A DNA stretch of 64,000 nucleotides from Candidatus Poribacteria bacterium. Lineage in GTDB: Bacteria; Poribacteria; WGA-4E; PCPOR2b. Under the pieces are notes generated by a model that made no database searches, had not been told where the DNA came from, and saw only the letters and a program-made list of their open reading frames with translations. Positions within the stretch are counted from its first letter, which is position 1. Every line of letters starts with the position of its first letter. Shown piece by piece: positions 60,473 through 64,000 of the stretch. The DNA lies in assembly GCA_965198175.1 (NCBI GenBank), contig OZ240245.1:3008001-3072000 (forward strand). Reading direction: 5' to 3'. The position numbers were made by a program, and so were the translations under genes.

Positions 60473-61398
60473 TGCACTTCCCCTTTTGTTACGTTCATGA
60501 AGGCCGATTCCAAATCGCCTCCTCGCTGCTTGAACTCGACGACACGATATCCACTCTGAATCAGGCTTTCGAGAATTTCGCTGCACGTCTCCTCAGAACC
60601 GGTGACTTTTGCCTCGATCTCATCTCCTAACCGATTAGCCGCTGCAACATGCGGCATTATCAGCATCGCCTTATGCAGGTCGTCTTGTCGGTCAAGAGAT
60701 CGAATTACAATGGTGCGCTGTCCTGCATTCGGACTGTCAATCTCTTGTAAGTTTCCAGATGCGACAATCTTTCCCTGTTCAATGATGACGGCGCCATCGC
60801 AAATCTCCGATAGTTCGGTCAAGATGTGCGAACTAATCAGGATGGCTTTTCCTTGCCCTGAAAGAATACTCAGCAGTTCCCTCAGTTCGACCCGCGCCCG
60901 CGGATCTAGCCCGGCAGCCGGTTCATCCATCACCAACACTGGCGGGTCGTGTATGAGTGCGCGTGCAAGGCTGACTCGCTGTTTCATCCCCTTTGATAGC
61001 GCGTGGAGGATTTTTCCCCGAATGCCTGTAAGTTTAGTGAAGCCTTCGATGCTTTCGACCACTTGTCGGCGCTGCGTTCCCGCTAGCCCGTAGGCGCGAG
61101 CGAAAAAGTCCAAGTAGTCGTGCACAGAGATATCCCTGTGTGCGGGTAGAGTGTCCGGTACATATCCAACCAGCCGGCGTGCGTTCTCCGGCGCCTCAAC
61201 AATCGAGACTCCATCAATTGTTGCGTCGCCGCTTGTCGGTTCATCAAGCGTCGCTAGGATTCTCATTGTCGTGGTTTTGCCGGCGCCATTGGGACCGACA
61301 AAGCCGATGATTTGCCCCGATGAAAAGGTAAATGAGATGTCGTCAACCGCGCGGGTTCTGTCGAAGTATTTCTTAATGTGAACGATGTTAACATGCAT
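60469..61398 (-). CDS. ABC transporter ATP-binding protein
   Basis: GPNGAGKT, LSKGMKQR and MDEP motifs. Confidence 0.95.
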   Translation of the reverse strand: MHVNIVHIKKYFDRTRAVDDISFTFSSGQIIGFVGPNGAGKTTTMRILATLDEPTSGDATIDGVSIVEAPENARRLVGYVPDTLPAHRDISVHDYLDFFARAYGLAGTQRRQVVESIEGFTKLTGIRGKILHALSKGMKQRVSLARALIHDPPVLVMDEPAAGLDPRARVELRELLSILSGQGKAILISSHILTELSEICDGAVIIEQGKIVASGNLQEIDSPNAGQRTIVIRSLDRQDDLHKAMLIMPHVAAANRLGDEIEAKVTGSEETCSEILESLIQSGYRVVEFKQRGGDLESAFMNVTKGEVQ

Positions 61399-61626
61399 GG
61401 AATACCTCTTGGGTTAAAGATGGTCTGTGATCCCTCGCATCGGGAGATGTGCGCGTGAGCGCGGCAATTCAAAACCGGCCGGTCAAGGTTTGTAAATCCC
61501 AAGCTACGGTTGGTTTTCATCCAATGTCAGAGATCGAGACCAGTGCTGTCCGGATAGGTTGGTATTCGGAGTCGTGATCTGTTCCCATACGCGAAGCAAT
61601 TGTGCCAAGACATCATGAACGGAGAC

Positions 61627-63747
61627 TCATTGCTCATTCAAGATGCCGTAAACGACAGAGCTATATCTCTTTTCCGTCGTCTTCCGAAGACCTTCCTCAA
61701 TAAACGGGGCGGATGATAATGTCGCGATATAACAGCCGGGACGGAGGTAGTTCTCAGGAGCCTTCTTAAGATGTTCGATATTTTGGATCCAATCTTCAGA
61801 GGCAAATATCCCGCGCAAGTTAGGCGCCACCTCGCTATGGATTCTGAGTGCTCCATTAGTTTTGTCTGCTTTAATCATGTACGTGCGATCCCAAATTTCA
61901 TCCGTTATCTCCCACTCAAGCCCGTGCTTTTGCACGGAAACCGAAACATCATCGGAGAGTAACGCGCCACGCAATTTCATTTCATCCCTTAGCATCGGTG
62001 AAATGTTCCCCGTATCCAAAACCGTATTGATAGATGGATCCCACAACTTGAGCAGAAGTTTTTCATGAGTCCCACCCGCACGACCGAGACGCAAGTCCAT
62101 CCGTGACACCAGTTCCGCTTCCGCGCCGGCGGGAATATCGGTTCCAGAGTAGATTGCCCCATCTCTGTTCGCCAACCAGAACTGGCTTATGTCAGCTCCT
62201 AAGCCATTGACAACACTCAAACTATCGCTCACTCCACGTCTAACCGTGATGCGATCACGCCTCACTTCGCTCTTGCGGAGCATGAAATGCGCCGGAACGC
62301 GCGCCGTCATCCAACCGCTTGCCAGGTGCTGGTCGTGCGTCCAGTCGACCGTCCGAGGCGTCCCTTTAAGCGGAGTCGCAGCAATTTGAGGGGTCAGCTC
62401 TGTCTCATAGTCGAAGTGCAATCCATCGCCCGGAGTGAGAGACGAATAGAACGCCGTCCAACCAATCGTCGTGGCGCGGTGAGTCCTTTCGTCGAGAAGC
62501 GTCAGTCCTTCAATCCGGGCGTGTCGCGTCCACCCTTCGGCGAACGTCGCGTACCCGAACACAGCGAGACAGGTGATGAGCGAAATGACCGGCGTCGTCC
62601 AAAGCATCCAGATACGCCGCTTTTTGCGCGACAGTGCGATGAGGTTCACCGGCCCGATTGCCAAGGCGAAAAGGAGCATCAATAGGAACATGCCCCGAAC
62701 TGGAACGCCTAGGCCGCTGACCACTGAAAACATGGTGTTGGCATCTTCTACCGAGTGTACGATTCGCATTGGGGTTGCGGTCTGCACCCAGGAAGACACA
62801 ATCTCAGCCCACTGATCCGGCGTTAAGTGCTTCGTATCCATCTCAGCGCTCACGAGGCACTGACCGAAACCGACATCGTAGTTGGCGATCCCAGCAGTAT
62901 CGGCGCCAACCTTCAACCGCCAGCTATCCGGAAGTTCTCGCCCTCTCAACACAAGCAGGGCGCCGCCGCACTCCACGTAACGCCATAGCGCCGATTGAAC
63001 ATTCAGAGGCATCTCCCGGATATCCTCATCCGAGACGACGACGCCATCGTATCGTGAATAACCGAGCCAGCTTCCACTCCACGCTGAGGCAGGCAACCCA
63101 AGATCGATAGTCGCGTAAGATGCGCCGCTGCTTGAGGAAGCGTACGGATGGGGGCTGCCACCTGACGGGGAGACGCCGCCACTTGGCGGCGAGGCGCTGA
63201 GTAGCTTGCCCGCGTGGAGGTGCAAATCTGTGGTGTCCACGTTTCGACTTATCAGAATCCGGAGCGATGAGAAGTAACTTATCACATGAGATCTTCCACT
63301 CATTCCGCTAGTTGAAACCCGGGAAGCATGATAATCTTTCCCACCGTGATCGAAGATTGACAACGGAACCGCCTCATCTTGTACATCACCGTTGATGGCG
63401 ACGCCCAAGTCCCTGCCACCCAACGTCACCGGCGGTTGAAGCAACGCGACGTGGACGGTGGCGGAGGGACCGACAACGACTGAGCGGGTGATTTTTCGGA
63501 TGTGATTCCCAAGACCAAAGGAACTGTTTTTCGGCAAAGTCAATGTCACCTGATGCGTCTTGTCAGGCGAACGATTCGATACAGCAATCCTGTATTCCGC
63601 ATAGCCGTGCAAGCTTGTGCCGCTTGGAGTGAGCTCCGGTGTAATTTTAATATCGTCAAACTCCATCCGTGCGAATGTGCCCGATACGGAGTAACACAGG
63701 CACACGGCGACGAGAAAGAGGATGGAACACGGAGCAGAATATTTCAT
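61627..63747 (-). CDS. Secreted/membrane hypothetical protein typical of ABC/MoxR/VWA loci
   Basis: Signal peptide, Y...GG.L GATase-like region, TM pair IGPVN...LWT.P. Confidence 0.7.
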   Translation of the reverse strand: MKYSAPCSILFLVAVCLCYSVSGTFARMEFDDIKITPELTPSGTSLHGYAEYRIAVSNRSPDKTHQVTLTLPKNSSFGLGNHIRKITRSVVVGPSATVHVALLQPPVTLGGRDLGVAINGDVQDEAVPLSIFDHGGKDYHASRVSTSGMSGRSHVISYFSSLRILISRNVDTTDLHLHAGKLLSASPPSGGVSPSGGSPHPYASSSSGASYATIDLGLPASAWSGSWLGYSRYDGVVVSDEDIREMPLNVQSALWRYVECGGALLVLRGRELPDSWRLKVGADTAGIANYDVGFGQCLVSAEMDTKHLTPDQWAEIVSSWVQTATPMRIVHSVEDANTMFSVVSGLGVPVRGMFLLMLLFALAIGPVNLIALSRKKRRIWMLWTTPVISLITCLAVFGYATFAEGWTRHARIEGLTLLDERTHRATTIGWTAFYSSLTPGDGLHFDYETELTPQIAATPLKGTPRTVDWTHDQHLASGWMTARVPAHFMLRKSEVRRDRITVRRGVSDSLSVVNGLGADISQFWLANRDGAIYSGTDIPAGAEAELVSRMDLRLGRAGGTHEKLLLKLWDPSINTVLDTGNISPMLRDEMKLRGALLSDDVSVSVQKHGLEWEITDEIWDRTYMIKADKTNGALRIHSEVAPNLRGIFASEDWIQNIEHLKKAPENYLRPGCYIATLSSAPFIEEGLRKTTEKRYSSVVYGILNEQ

Positions 63748-63928
63748 TGCAGATTACCTCAGTTTATATCAGTTATGACAATAGTGTTTCACTGTCGCAC
63801 ATAGATTAATCTTCATAACATGCTTGATACCAATTAATTCCAAATTGCGTTACGCACGTCCTCACGGACGATTTTCTGCAGCCTTCCAATCCCGCAATTT
63901 TCTAGTTACGCAAGCCTACAATCTAAAC

Positions 63929-64000
63929 TCAGTCGGATCGAATCTCGAGGTCGTCAGGCAGATTGAGATCGGTCTCATCAAGGGACTTGAGAAGACTATC
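63929..64000 (-). CDS. Possible C-terminus of a gene entering from the right edge
   Basis: Open frame DSLLKSLDETDLNLPDDLEIRSD*. Confidence 0.35.
   Translation of the reverse strand, partial: DSLLKSLDETDLNLPDDLEIRSD

Overview
Bacterial genomic window, mostly coded on the minus strand. Gene content (tandem PhyH dioxygenases, TPR and ankyrin proteins, a secreted protein ending in a 'KLTTTWGTIK' motif, a giant M28-like protein, dense REP-like repeats) resembles Candidatus Poribacteria; that assignment is inference. Left part: a >1600-aa M28-peptidase-like/LysM protein running off the window edge (absent from the ORF track), trpF, a hicBA pair with an in-frame TGA in hicA, and a probable oxidative L-fucose/L-rhamnose catabolic cluster. 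About 14-31 kb: an accessory/defence and prophage-remnant zone with a DUF2283 TA pair and a duplicated antitoxin, an ApeA-like HEPN protein, a stop-interrupted Type ISP/IIG-like R-M gene, five tandem paralogous secreted proteins and an orphan terminase pair, all laced with REP-like units and a 30-nt micro-element. Right part: a giant TPR/alpha-2-macroglobulin, a TonB receptor, and DUF58, VWA and ABC genes interrupted by GmrSD, lipoproteins and an MtnN fusion. Top finding: the gene at 50047..50724 (-), seen only as a fragment in the ORF track, reads from a good RBS/ATG and signal peptide through two in-frame TGA codons forming a U-S-A-U motif, followed by a SECIS-like hairpin, into a beta-barrel-like domain. 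It is a candidate UxxU outer-membrane selenoprotein. No rRNA, tRNA or CRISPR array was recognised.
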